Assembly (NCBI GenBank): GCA_002269645.1
Contig: NIVC01001143.1
Location: 248,001 to 312,000 of the forward strand
Direction of reading: 5' to 3'
Length of the DNA: 64,000 nt
DNA from: Macrostomum lignano
Taxonomy: Eukaryota
The translations under genes were made by a program, and so were the position numbers. Every line of letters begins with the position of its first letter. The first letter of the stretch is position 1. Of the stretch, positions 30,079 through 41,366 are shown in pieces. The notes beneath the pieces are model-generated. The model saw only the letters and a program-made list of their open reading frames with translations, ran no database searches and was not told where the DNA came from.

Positions 30079-31569
30079 ATGGACGTGAAGCTGCGGGCGC
30101 AGTCGCTGATCGAGTTCGGCCTGCCGCGCAACTGGATTGCCCTGGTCGTCGAGCGCTTCGCCCAGGGCGGCATCACCAGCCTCACCAGCAACGAGCTGTA
30201 CATGATCGTCAAGCGGGTTTGCAACATCCTCCGGACCGAGGCCTCCGTGATTGACGTACGAGGCGACTGCCGGGTGGTCGGCAACCTGCACGGCAGCATT
30301 GAGAGCCTGCAGGCGATCTTCCGCACCTACGGCTGGCCAAGCGACGTCTGCTACGTGTTCCTCGGCGACTACCTTGCCACGATCGACGACAAGATTCAGA
30401 CGAACGTTTTCGTTCTGCTGCTCATTTTCAAGGTGGTCTACCCGAAGCACATCCTGCTGCTGCGGGGCGCCAGCGAGTGCGAGCACTGCGCCGCGGACAT
30501 GGGGCTGCTGGACCTACGTGAGTTGTGAAGCACCAGCCTGGGCTGTGTCAGGGAGAACAGGACTTAATATCCCCTATGTATCCGGAATTCAATTTGATGT
30601 GGTATGCTGATGCACCTTATGATACTGCTACGAGCGTACTTAGTAAGAAGCATATTGTGTGGGAATGCACCGAAAAACCATGATTATTCGACTCTAAGGG
30701 CGCGCTGCTTTTTTATTGCTGTGTTTCAAGCGGGACCAAATTTACATTTGTAGAATTTTATGAGAACTTTTTCTACGAACTTGCTACCAATGCCTCCGCA
30801 GTGACAACTTCATTCACGGCCTCCCTGTACCGCGAGTTCAAGTCCGTCTTCAAGTACCTGCCGCTTGCCGCCCGAGCAAACGGCGTTCACCTGATGTGCA
30901 ACGCGTCTCTCAGCCTGAAGCGAGGCAACCTGCTGGACCTGGAGCAGGTGGTCCGGCCCTGCACCATCTGCCACCGGGACGGCATCATGCGCCTGCTGGC
31001 CAGGCAGCCGTCTCGACTAGGTGACCACACGCTGCAGGCCGACCCGCTCGAGGACTTCGACGAGGGCGAGACCGAAGGTTTTTGAGTCTTTAGAGACAAC
31101 TGTTTGAGTTATTATTGAGGGGGACTCAGAAAAAATCTCAAGTTCTTTCTCATTCTACGCACTCACCGCGTCCAGCAACCAGCAGCCAACAGGATCAGCG
31201 TAACAGGGCGCCAACATAGGGAGGGCTTAACTAGGGGACATCTGACCTTGTTTCAGTAGGAATCGAAGTTGCTCACATCCTTTCTCCGCAGATGTCTGCG
31301 AGGCCATCAGCTTTATGAAGCGCAGCAACATGAAGATCTGCGTCCGGAACGAGGGCATCGAACAGTCGCTGGCGGGCAGCGCGGGTTACAACGTCGAGGG
31401 CAGGCAGTGCAACGTGATCTCGATTGCGTCCGCCTCGAACATCCGCGGTCAGCCTTGCCAGGGCGTTGTGCTGGCCGTGCACCGCAACGGCGCCTCCACG
31501 CTGCACCCGACTAACCCGAAGGCGGCCAAGCCGGATGTTCGGCTGATCATGTACTGCCCTAATAAGTAG
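30079..31569 (+). CDS. PP1-like (PPP family) Ser/Thr phosphatase homolog, predicted catalytically dead
   Basis: Exons 30079-30517, 30802-31077, 31292-31569 (phases 1/1). Colinear with PP1: ..GNLHG..YVFLGDY..LLIFKVVYPKHILLLRGASE..FKYLPLAA..SASNI.. Confidence 0.85.
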
Positions 31570-32395
31570 CTGAACCTGCAGTAGCCTCAGGTGCTGATTA
31601 TTTGCCACTGTTGGATCCCCGATCTGACCTTTCCTGTCCTGTTTGATTACATATAAATCCCACTTTTGCGTCAGTATGATTCATATGAATGTGGCTGATT
31701 CAGACTGCCCCTTTCATACTAGATAGAAACTTATCGTCTTGATTAATATTAAAAAGCATTAACTATATAGTTGTAAATACAATCTGACTAACGACCATCA
31801 CAATAATAATAAAGTCCTGCGGATCCCTAGGTTCATATACAGGTAAAATGACGACAAATTAATCGTCTTCTCTTTTTTACACAAGCAATGATTTGCAGAT
31901 GTACAAAATCTAAAAGTTATATTGTAAATTCTTTCGAATATTGAAAGCACGATAGTCTTAGAGTTAGCGGACACCAGCGTCAACCAGCAGACATTTAAAA
32001 AATCATTTAATTTGTGGATACATTTGCAAATACAAAGTTGGCCGAAAGTCAGCGTTGATTCCGGTATTCTTGAAAATGAGACAAGTAAAGCCACCACAGC
32101 CTTATGCCACCATAAGCAACCATTTCGGCCTTATCGGCCTTACGAAAGCCGGAACAGTTACAAGGAACCACGTCGAGCACAATGCGCTGAGCTTGGTACT
32201 GGCAAGTACACTTGCACGTACAATGACAGGGAACTAAATTGTGCAGACATGTGCTTCGAATTAGGAACTCAGCGAATGATTATTAAAAGCCCAAGCAACT
32301 TGTTGCAGTAGAGGTCTTGTAGCTGCAGAGCAGAGCAATCGAGCAAAATTAAGCCAATTTACTAATTCAAAGTAAAAAGCAATAGCACCACCGAT

Positions 32396-33343
32396 ATGTC
32401 TGAACCAAAGCATCAGCTGATTAAGGAAAGCAGAAAAGCTGATCAAGTGCTTCTTCAGCAAGCCACTCATAAAAGAAACCTGTTGAGTCGGACCTTGGAA
32501 CAACTGAAAAGGCTGGCGGATGAAATCGATGCACTCAGGAAACTTCAGCAGCATGAGGATGAGGAGTTCAAGGCAAGGCTGATCAAGACTAATGTGTTAC
32601 CAAGACTAAACCGACTGATGGAGAGTCTGCGCGAGGCGAGCGACTCCGGGTACGAGCTGGTGGGGTGGCTCAACACATTTGACAAAGATTTCGAAGCGTT
32701 TTTTAAATCCGTGATGGGAGACATCTATGCCAGCAGCACCACACCTGAGTACATTGAGGCCACTAAGAAATGGTGCAATTTCCTGACTGACTATACGGAA
32801 ATGGCTGTCGATTATTCGACGGAATTCAACAAATTTTTCGGCCAGTTGAGCGCTGCGCATCAGCTGGCAGAGAGTCTGGACTGCGATTTTGAGGAGATAG
32901 CTGAGGACATTCGTCGGTGTGCAAAGAAAAAGAAATGCATATTGTGGGCTATGCGAGCTGGTCTTGCCGTGGTGACCGTTGGTGCCGTCATTGCCGGCTA
33001 CTTCCGCCCGGAAATCCTTCCCACAGCCGGTCCTTCTATCGCCAAGTTTGTGTACTCGACGTACAGGTACACCACAGATCAGGCTGAGAGCGCGGCTAGG
33101 TGCGAGCGGGTGGCAGGTGAGATCAGAGCCACCATCAAAGATTCTGCAATCTGCGTGAGGAGAAGCTGCGACGCATTTGATGGAAACGAGTGGATCGCGC
33201 AGATAGTGGCAAAACTGGTGGAGTCGCTCGAGACTTTCACCGGTATTAGAAGGCGACTCGTGGCTGAGTGGCATGGGTTCAACTCGATGGCTGATTTTGA
33301 GGAGCTTCCCACCCAGGCCATCTCGCGATGCACTTTTTTGTGA
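32396..33343 (+). CDS. Intronless 315-aa alpha-helical protein with one hydrophobic segment, unknown family (paralog of 26323-27276)
   Basis: Clean ATG-to-TGA ORF. Hydrophobic stretch ILWAMRAGLAVVTVGAVIAGYF. Shares the A.D...EL..WL...D and C.FL.....M....S..F..F..QLS.A.QL.E.L patterns with the 26323 ORF. Confidence 0.8.
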   Translation: MSEPKHQLIKESRKADQVLLQQATHKRNLLSRTLEQLKRLADEIDALRKLQQHEDEEFKARLIKTNVLPRLNRLMESLREASDSGYELVGWLNTFDKDFEAFFKSVMGDIYASSTTPEYIEATKKWCNFLTDYTEMAVDYSTEFNKFFGQLSAAHQLAESLDCDFEEIAEDIRRCAKKKKCILWAMRAGLAVVTVGAVIAGYFRPEILPTAGPSIAKFVYSTYRYTTDQAESAARCERVAGEIRATIKDSAICVRRSCDAFDGNEWIAQIVAKLVESLETFTGIRRRLVAEWHGFNSMADFEELPTQAISRCTFL

Positions 33344-34599
33344 TTTTTTCCAGTTTTCGGTACAGGGACGACGGACTTTTTACGATTTTTCCTTGTGAGC
33401 TTCGATTTTTTGTGCCTAAAATGCCAAACCAGAAGAAAGCTTGAAAGTTGGCCTTATGATTTCTTAATTTCCGTAGGCAACAATAGAAATAGCTTATTAC
33501 AATACAGTTGCTTAGCTGTAATGTAATGTACAGTTGGTAATAAAAATAAACTTCTGAAAGCATTTGAGAAAATTAGATAGCTAAATTGCACAAATAATCA
33601 TTATTAGAATTCATCATAATCAATAAAGATGACCTATATTTTAGCGCATGACATCACATCAACATTACCTTTCCTCTCGCACTCCGGCTTACTGCATCAG
33701 ATGTGTTTTGGTGTTCCAAATGTAAATTTTAGACTATTGAGTTCTCCCATCTCTCCACAGAATGCAGCATTGTTTTTATTATTTACTGAATTTCTCCTGT
33801 ATTTTTTCAGAATTTATATCTTAATTAGTAGAAAAGCTATCATTAAAGCTTAATTATTTTGGTGACTTGGCCTTGCTATTGATGTTGCTTAACATGTATT
33901 TTTCTTCTACATGTTTTGAGACTTCTCAGTTCTCATGCCTAAATTTTATATTTGAAAAACTACTGCTCACAGACTGATATATATGCCCCCTGTTTTGATT
34001 TATCCCCTTCATCCCCTGAGACCCCAAGTGATGGACCTGGATGGGATCTCTAGGCGACTGTAGTCAACTTGTCCAACCATACATGAACAGCTATCGATTC
34101 CAGTCGGTTTTGGTTCCGGAATTGTTTTGGGCTCCATTTCATCTCCTAAGTTGCCTTTGCTTATACATGTATTATGGGCAGCCTTACATAAACGAAGATT
34201 TACTAGACATGTGCCAATGCGCTCAGCCTAAACTACATGTATAATGTATAATTAGGTACGCTTTCACGTGCACTGGTTCGGCCGTAGACAGGTGCGGCGG
34301 CGTAAGAAGAAACATATTGGGCACAAGACATGGTCAGACACTGATAATTTTGGATGGCGAAGTCTAAACAGAGATTAAAGGCTAAATTTGCTATATTATC
34401 ATTATTTGACGTAACCCGGGCTGCACGAAAACACCTGTGCAACCCCTGGGCTCTGGTACTGAAAGGTACAGCCGCTAGGCCTCGTCCCCTAGACTTTGTA
34501 CGCCTCTGGATGGTGCAGTTGCTGGACGTTGCGGTCAAGATCCGATAGGGTTGTTTGAAGGTACACACCAGAAGCGCGGCCGTCACCAGTCACCTGTGC

Positions 34600-37500
34600 A
34601 GGAGTGCACCCGGTAAAAACTCCCACTAACGAGACGGGACTCCCGGTCTGTAACAGACGAAGGTTATTGACCCCAACTGTAGAAATGTTCGATTATTAAG
34701 GGACTCGATGCGAGTCATACAAAGTACAGTCTAGTCAGTGCGGGAAGCGAGGATTTTTGTTTAGGGTAGAGGGATCCTTTAGCTGGTGGGCGGTTCTAGA
34801 CTACAATTCCCTCCTAAGTCCCAAGATCCCAAGGCCATTTTAATGTCTTTCCTCCTAGAGCTTGGGTTCGATGCAGCAGGGGTTGGGGAAGTGCAGGTCC
34901 CAGAGCTCTCTCGTGGTGCACATCTTACGGGGACTTATTTAGAAGTATTGATACTGCTACATAATTACTTGGTTGAATTAGGCTCATTCTCGGTGATCTT
35001 CCACTCTGATCCTAGCTCAGCTTCTATTCCATGCCCTGAGACAGATGCACTCTCTACTCACACTTTATGCCACGACTCATGTTAAATAAGTAAACAGACA
35101 GCAGCAAACGAGCTGAATGGCTAATGCCCCAAGTTACTGGCCCTAAACTTAGCCCTAACAATTCGGTTTACTATGAAAGCGGAATAAATTAAGACAGAAT
35201 ATTAGGAGATAGTGAGCAACGGGGGGGGGGAAGAGACCGGGCTAACGCGAGCCGACATCCGACAAGGGAGTGGAACCCGCGCGCAGGTCAGAAGCGTCAA
35301 GTGCCGCCGAAGCTCCTTGCCCCTCCCGTGGCGAGACCTCTGCCGACAGCCAGTCTGGGCAGCAGCTCCTCGAGATGCTGAAAGCCTTCGATACGGGGTA
35401 CGGAGCTGGAAAACCTGTTTATCTACAGGGAGGACGAGCGACCCAGGACACACTGGCACCGTGCCTGGATTTCGGCTCGCAGTTCCATCACCAAGGCCGA
35501 CGAGCTGCGTCGCCTGCTACTGGCTACCAACCCGGAGCTGCCGGCCAATGGCGTCGTAGTTCACGAGACCATCTCCAAGCCGGGCGGAGACGGTTTCACG
35601 GCTATTCTCGGACTGTCGGATAGCTGGATGCTCCGCTACCCGGACATGTCCATCATCTCTGTCGGGCTGATGCAGATTCAGCTCTTTAGCTTTGAGTCTG
35701 ACGCCACCAACCCACCGCCCCGGAGAAGCGTAAGCGGGCGAGCGGGGGCTCTGCCGGGCGGAAACGCCCAGGAAAAAAGCTCCCGTTCGTCACGACCCTT
35801 CCGAGGACGTGGACCCCGTGAGGGGGAAAGCCGCGAAAGCTGCAGCAACAGGCGGACGTGGAAAGGGCCGGAAACCCGCCCTGGTCTACCCGCACTATCC
35901 GCTCTGGTCTGACTCAGCGCGCGAAGCAGTTGCTGGACACCGCCAAGGCCAACAACCGCAGCCACCCCCAGCCCAGTGTCACCACTGCGGCCCCCCCCCC
36001 GGAAAACCGGGCCGAGAGTGAGAATGCCGCCCCCGGTGGCGGCTCCGCCCTCGACCATGGAGACCATCCGGGAGGAGCCCATGGAAGTGGAGTCTGGAGC
36101 CATCGGCGAGGCACAAGAGGCAGTCCTCCTGCACAACTCGCCCTGAGCCGGCAGGAAGCTGCACGGACCACTCGTGGAATCCCCGGAGTGGACATACTGC
36201 TGCTTAACCTGCACCACTGCATCGCGGCCTCGACCAACCTGATGCAGGTGGCAAGCTTCGTGAAACCGGGCATCATCCTACTTCAGGAGCCCTGGGTGAA
36301 GAAAGGTAAGATTCCGAATATTCCTGCTGGTTTGGACTGTTTTCATGACCCTTGAAACTCCAGAGCAGCCATTTTCGTGTCTATCCATCTCAAAGCTTGG
36401 CACAGATCGGACCTCTCTGGCAGAGACCTCTGTGTCATTCAGTCCAACCACATAATCACCAACCGCACGGTCATCATCGCCTCGATTTATAGCCCTGGCG
36501 ATGGCCCGCGGTTCCACCCAACCTCACCTCCCTTGTGAACTACCGCTCTAACCGCAGGTTTGAGCTGCTGGTGGCGGGCAACGTCAACGCCCACCACACC
36601 CACTGGGGCAGTAATAATTTCAACAGCAGAGGTGAGAAACTCCTTGCTTACATCTGCACCACCAATACTGAGTTTTGCAACATTGGTGGAACCCCCACCT
36701 TCGACAACGGGCGATGGACGGAGGCCGTCGACGTAACCCTCGTCTCACACGGTTTGGCTCCTCTGGTCAAGGACTGGGAGGTGTGGGACAAAGAGGAGTC
36801 TGTCTGACGACCTCAGCCTGCGAGACCTGGAAGCAGCGGGAAGCCTGCTGACCCTCTCGGACGGAATCCCGTCCACGCTCTGCCCTCCGCTAAAATTCAA
36901 AACCAGCATTCCACCACGTCATAAAGCAAGGGACAACTGGAAACCCCATGAAATCCACTGCTTCACTGACGGGTCCCAAATCAACTCCGCCTCTGGCTAC
37001 GGCTACTGCATCGTGTCTGGAGGGAGAACTGTGGTGACCTTCTCCCAGCACACCGGCACCTGCTCCACTTTCTTCCAGAACGAAGTTCTCGCCATCAGCT
37101 TCTGCGCCATGGAGCTGTACAATCAGCGCGTCTGGGGGAAGGAGATTACCCTCCACTCGGACAGTCAAGCGGCTATCCCTTGAGCGCACCACCACCTGCT
37201 CGCGTACAGTCCTCGACTGCATCGGGCAGCTCAACCGCTTAGGCGCCTCCAACAAGGTGTCCCTAAGGTGGATCCCTGGGCATTCGGGCCACCCCTTCAA
37301 CGAGTTGGCCGATCGCCTGGCCAAGGCTGGCTCGACCGGTTCTTTTACTGGTCCCCTGCCCGTGGCCCCCACCCCCACTGCCGTTGTCACCACTCGGATC
37401 AACCAGTGGGTGGCTTCAAAGCACACGGAGAGGTGGGCTAACGCGCCCGACTGCCAGCAATCCCGCGCGGCTGTCCCCTGTCCTTCCTTCGCCGTGCGCA

Positions 37501-37925
37501 GGGCCCTCCTTGGACTCAACCGCAAGGACATCAGGCCGGTGACCATGGGACTATCCGGTCATGGCTGTTTTGCCAGGCATCACTACCTCCAGTGAAAAAT
37601 CCAGGGAACGCCCATTCTGCCTCTCCGGTGTCGAGAATGCGGAGCACTTCATCTGTGAATGCCCCACCTTTACTCTGGTCAGGCTCACCTACCTCGGCCC
37701 AAACGCGGACCTCTCCGACGTTTTCAGGCCCAAAAATCTCATCCGCTACCTAAGGGCTACCGGGCGAGCGACCATCCACCTCCTGGACTCTCCGGAGGGG
37801 GACCGCGCTGCGGACGCCGGCACCACCGGAAATCCCTGCGCGACACCTATAGCTGCCCGTGGTCGCCAGGGGTTAGCGAAATGGGCGGCAACGCCTCCAT
37901 GCAGCTAGGTCAAGTAAGTCAACGC
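34600..37925 (+). mobile_element. Degenerate non-LTR retrotransposon, LOA/Lian-like (ORF1, AP endonuclease, RNase H, Cys-His tail; RT missing)
   Basis: ORF1-like LRRLLLATNPELPANG..GFTAILGLSD (~35500-35680, DUF4780-like). APE: LLLNLHH..IILLQEPW (~36190-36300) and LLVAGNVNAHHTHWGS..RGEKL..TPTF..VDVTL (36560-36750). RNase H: [34 protein letters not shown] (36955-37330). E..EHFICECP tail. Contains stops and frameshifts; the ends are approximate. Confidence 0.85.
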
Positions 37926-39763
37926 GACCCAAGGGCAGCGCAAAAGAGGAAAAATACGAGCGTACCTTGACAGACGCGGCCGACGAGCAGAGCGATGGTC
38001 ACGGCGGCGGCTGCAGTTACGGGCGATCCGAAAGTCTCGGATTGGGGTGGGTGTTAGGGGAAGTCGCAAACGATGGGAAGCAAAGGACAGTTAGCGGTTG
38101 CTTATTGGGGAGATCCTGAGGATCTAGGAGCAATCAAAGTATTTAGGGACGAGAATCGGTCCGGGGTTTCATAAACTCGAAAATTTCACGTCGAAAACAC
38201 CTTCCAGCTTCACAAAGTCAAAAGCTCACGAGGTCGAAATTTCGAACTTGTGAAAGTGGCTCCTATGACCTATATGAGTTTTCAACCTTGTAAAATTTTG
38301 ACCCTTGCTAGAATTTTCGATGTTGTAAAATTTTACCATGTGAAATAATTTCCTTTTCGACCTTGTGAAATTTCGACCTTGTTTCGACCTTCGACCCACC
38401 CCAGAGAAAAGGTGGAAACAGTTGCCGATTCGGGTGCTGAGTTTCTCAAGGAAGGTTCGGTCTCGCGAGAAAACACAAGAACAACACAAGGGACCGAAGA
38501 CCAGAACAGCAAAGCATAAAGGGTAAAGGATAAGGTAAAGGTTGCTGCTCGTTGTTGTTGTTGTTAAACGAGGGTGGGAAGCCGGGGGCAACCCGCGGAT
38601 CAGCCCAGGGAAGGGCTCTGCCGCTGAGGGGCACTACCAGGGGCATATAGCCCGAGATACCCGTCTGATTGGACCCTGACGTCGGGGCCAGGGGGAAATT
38701 TTGGTGCTACTAACCCAAGCCTTATGGACTAAGACACCGCCAACCCAACCCGCGGAATCAGGGACGGTGCAAGGACCGAGTCCACCCAAGCCACCACCCA
38801 ACGACAAAACCCGAGTGTGCGCGAAAAGAATTGGAAATTTTAAGAAGCAGTCCGAGAGTGGGGAGACCCCAAAGTCTACGGAAAAGGCTTTAGATTGGAG
38901 CGAGTCTGGGCAGCTTATTTACCAAGGGCGAGTCTCCTATCAGGAGTAAAATTAGACAAAACCTCCTATACTCGTAGGGCTGCAAACCTCAAGGCTTTTT
39001 CACCACCCAGCTCTAAACACTGTTTGGATAATATGGTCCGAGAGAGGGATTACCTTAGTCTCGGAAGGGCCGGCCAAGGGGGGGGAGGGGCACAAGGGGC
39101 AAGAGGAAACCGGACTCAGCCGGTTTTCCCCGATTCAGGACGAACATCCAGCCCAGGACTCCATTCCACTGTCAGTGATGAGAGCCTAGACACAATAAGC
39201 AGGGAGACAACCAGAGGAGCCAGCAGGTGGTTGCTGCTCAGGGCTCAAAACAGGCTCCTATTTATAACCCTGAGATTACGCGTCACGCGATCACGTGAGC
39301 ATGATGCGTGACATTGAAGACCGTGAACTGACGTACTTGACCTCCGTTACCAAGCAACCCTGATGACGCTACCCGCCAGCCGCGCTGTGATTGGACAAAA
39401 ATTTGGGTTGGGTAGCAGCGGAGAAAGATGATTTATGATGGGGATTGCATGTACGCAACAGGCGGAGAAAAGCTTGGGGAGATAGGGGGTCAAAGCTTTT
39501 GCACGCATGATTGATTTCAAACAATAGAAAGGTGGGATTAAGTTTTGCGCTGGGGAGTGGGGCGGGCGATAAGCATGAGCATTTGAGTCACAGGGGAGGG
39601 ATGGTGCGCAAAAATAAGTGGGGAGCCCGGGACGTGTTTACATCATATTGATGTGATTGAAATATTGGGAAGGCTATGCCCCCCACCCTCAATAAAATGA
39701 TTGGGTAGCAATTGCCCACACTGCCCCCCCCCCGTCTCCGTCGCGCCTAGCCGGAGACGATAT

Positions 39764-40886
39764 CATGGACTACTTAAGAACACAGGACGTTACACTTGCA
39801 AATATTGGCAGAATTCTAAAAGGCCGCTTAAAGGCCGCTTTGAATGTATGCTTACCTATGGTTTTAGTGGCCTTTTTGCTTAGCTATTTCGCAAAGCAGC
39901 GTAGCATGATTCTCATAACCCACAAGTCTAGCTTAGAGCACCAAGCAGAAGATCGCAAACAGCTCACTTCTCTGTGTTCTCTGGATCTTTGATTTCTTTC
40001 TTCAATTTAAATTGTCAATTGAGTTATACAAGATGCCGACGAAGTGTTGCGTTCCAGGCTGCACCAGCAACTACAAAAGCGGTAAAAGGTGCACCGTGTA
40101 TACTTTTCCGAAAGAAGAGGCTGAAATTGACTCCTGGATGAAGGCTTTGCCCATTGCAGCTAAGGTAATTGGTAACGTTTTATGCATTCTGGTATTTCCC
40201 ATTTCGTCTCGAAGCATTAATTAAATCGCTCGACTCGTATTGCAGAAGGCTACTGCGTACATGGGCGTATGCCGCAAGCATTGGCCGGATGATGCTAGAA
40301 TGAAGCAAGCCGGGCGTCACATGCGACCTATCGACCCTCCATCTGTCTTTCAAGGCTGGCCATCCAGTAGCTTACGGCTTTCTGCTTCCAGTAAGTGTAT
40401 TCAATAAAAGTGCATTTGAAATGTGAGTTATCTTTTCAATGTTCCAGACTGCCTATGACAAACAACATTTTGCATTGTAGAGCGCTCAAGAAGGGATGCC
40501 AGCCAACGAGGAGGCGTTCTGCTTGCTGATAGAGCATGGGCTATTGCTGACGAGATCGTTGCATTCAATGCCATCGACAAGATCTTGTGCTGGGCCCAGT
40601 TAATTTCTGGTATCTGTTATTACTCTTGGCTTCGTGACCTCTGGAGGGTGGTTAGTACAGCGACGTACACGAACATCGAGTAGATTATCTTTTCATTTGT
40701 GATCGCATATAAACATGCATATAAAAAGCTCTATTCATTAGGCTTTAATTTCTATTCATGTATTATACACATTGCTTTAAATAGCAAAAAGGCCACTAAA
40801 ACCATAGACACATACATTCAAAGCGGCCTTTTAGAATTCTGCCAATATTTGAAAGTGTAACGTCCTGTGTTCTTAAGTAGTCCTTG
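39764..40886 (+). mobile_element. Non-autonomous P-superfamily DNA transposon (1123 bp) with ~110-125-bp TIRs and an 8-bp TSD
   Basis: TIRs start CATGGACTACTTAAGAACACAGGACG (left) and CAAGGACTACTTAAGAACACAGGACG (right, reverse complement), matching the CANRG consensus. Exact TSD GACGATAT at 39756-39763 and 40887-40894. Confidence 0.92.
40033..40390 (+). CDS. THAP zinc-finger domain ORF (spliced) inside the P-like element
   Basis: Exons 40033-40164 and 40246-40390: MPTKCCVPGCTSNY..YTFPK..W..|..VCRKHW..PIDPPSVF (C2CH THAP signature with P, W, F and AVPT-like box). A possible third exon lies at ~40481-40682. Confidence 0.8.
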
Positions 40887-41366
40887 GACGATATTCGTGT
40901 GTATGTTACGTAAATACAAGCATTATTTTAGCTTTCTAAAAGTGTTTCACAATTAGCTAGCTAGAAAAAATTGCTTTTGAGACTGGCATTTGATGCTTTA
41001 CATGTACGAGTATGTAGGAAACCGCTCTATTGTGAGACCGCTCCATTTAGGGATTGTTTATGATAAAAGTATTTACAGATTACATATTCACAGTATATTT
41101 TACAGTTTACAGTTATTTGCAGTTATTTACAGTATTTACTGACGTCGTATTTAATTGTATATTTAATATTTAACTTTGTTAATACTCTTGGTATTTAATT
41201 TTTCGTTTTGATGAAATATCTGGACTTGTTTTCTAATAGAAGTCTCAGAAAAATTGAGATAACGGAGAAAATTTCAGAGAAATCTCAGTTATCGTCGTCA
41301 GTAGTTTAAGTTGACCTGGTCGCAAAGTTCTGTAGTGTGTAACAATTGGGCTATCAATAACGAATC

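Noticed and set aside
39358-39430. Hammerhead candidate (CTGATGA followed by a GCTACCC/GGGTAGC stem)
   Set aside because: GAAA is not adjacent to the stem and stems I and III are absent.
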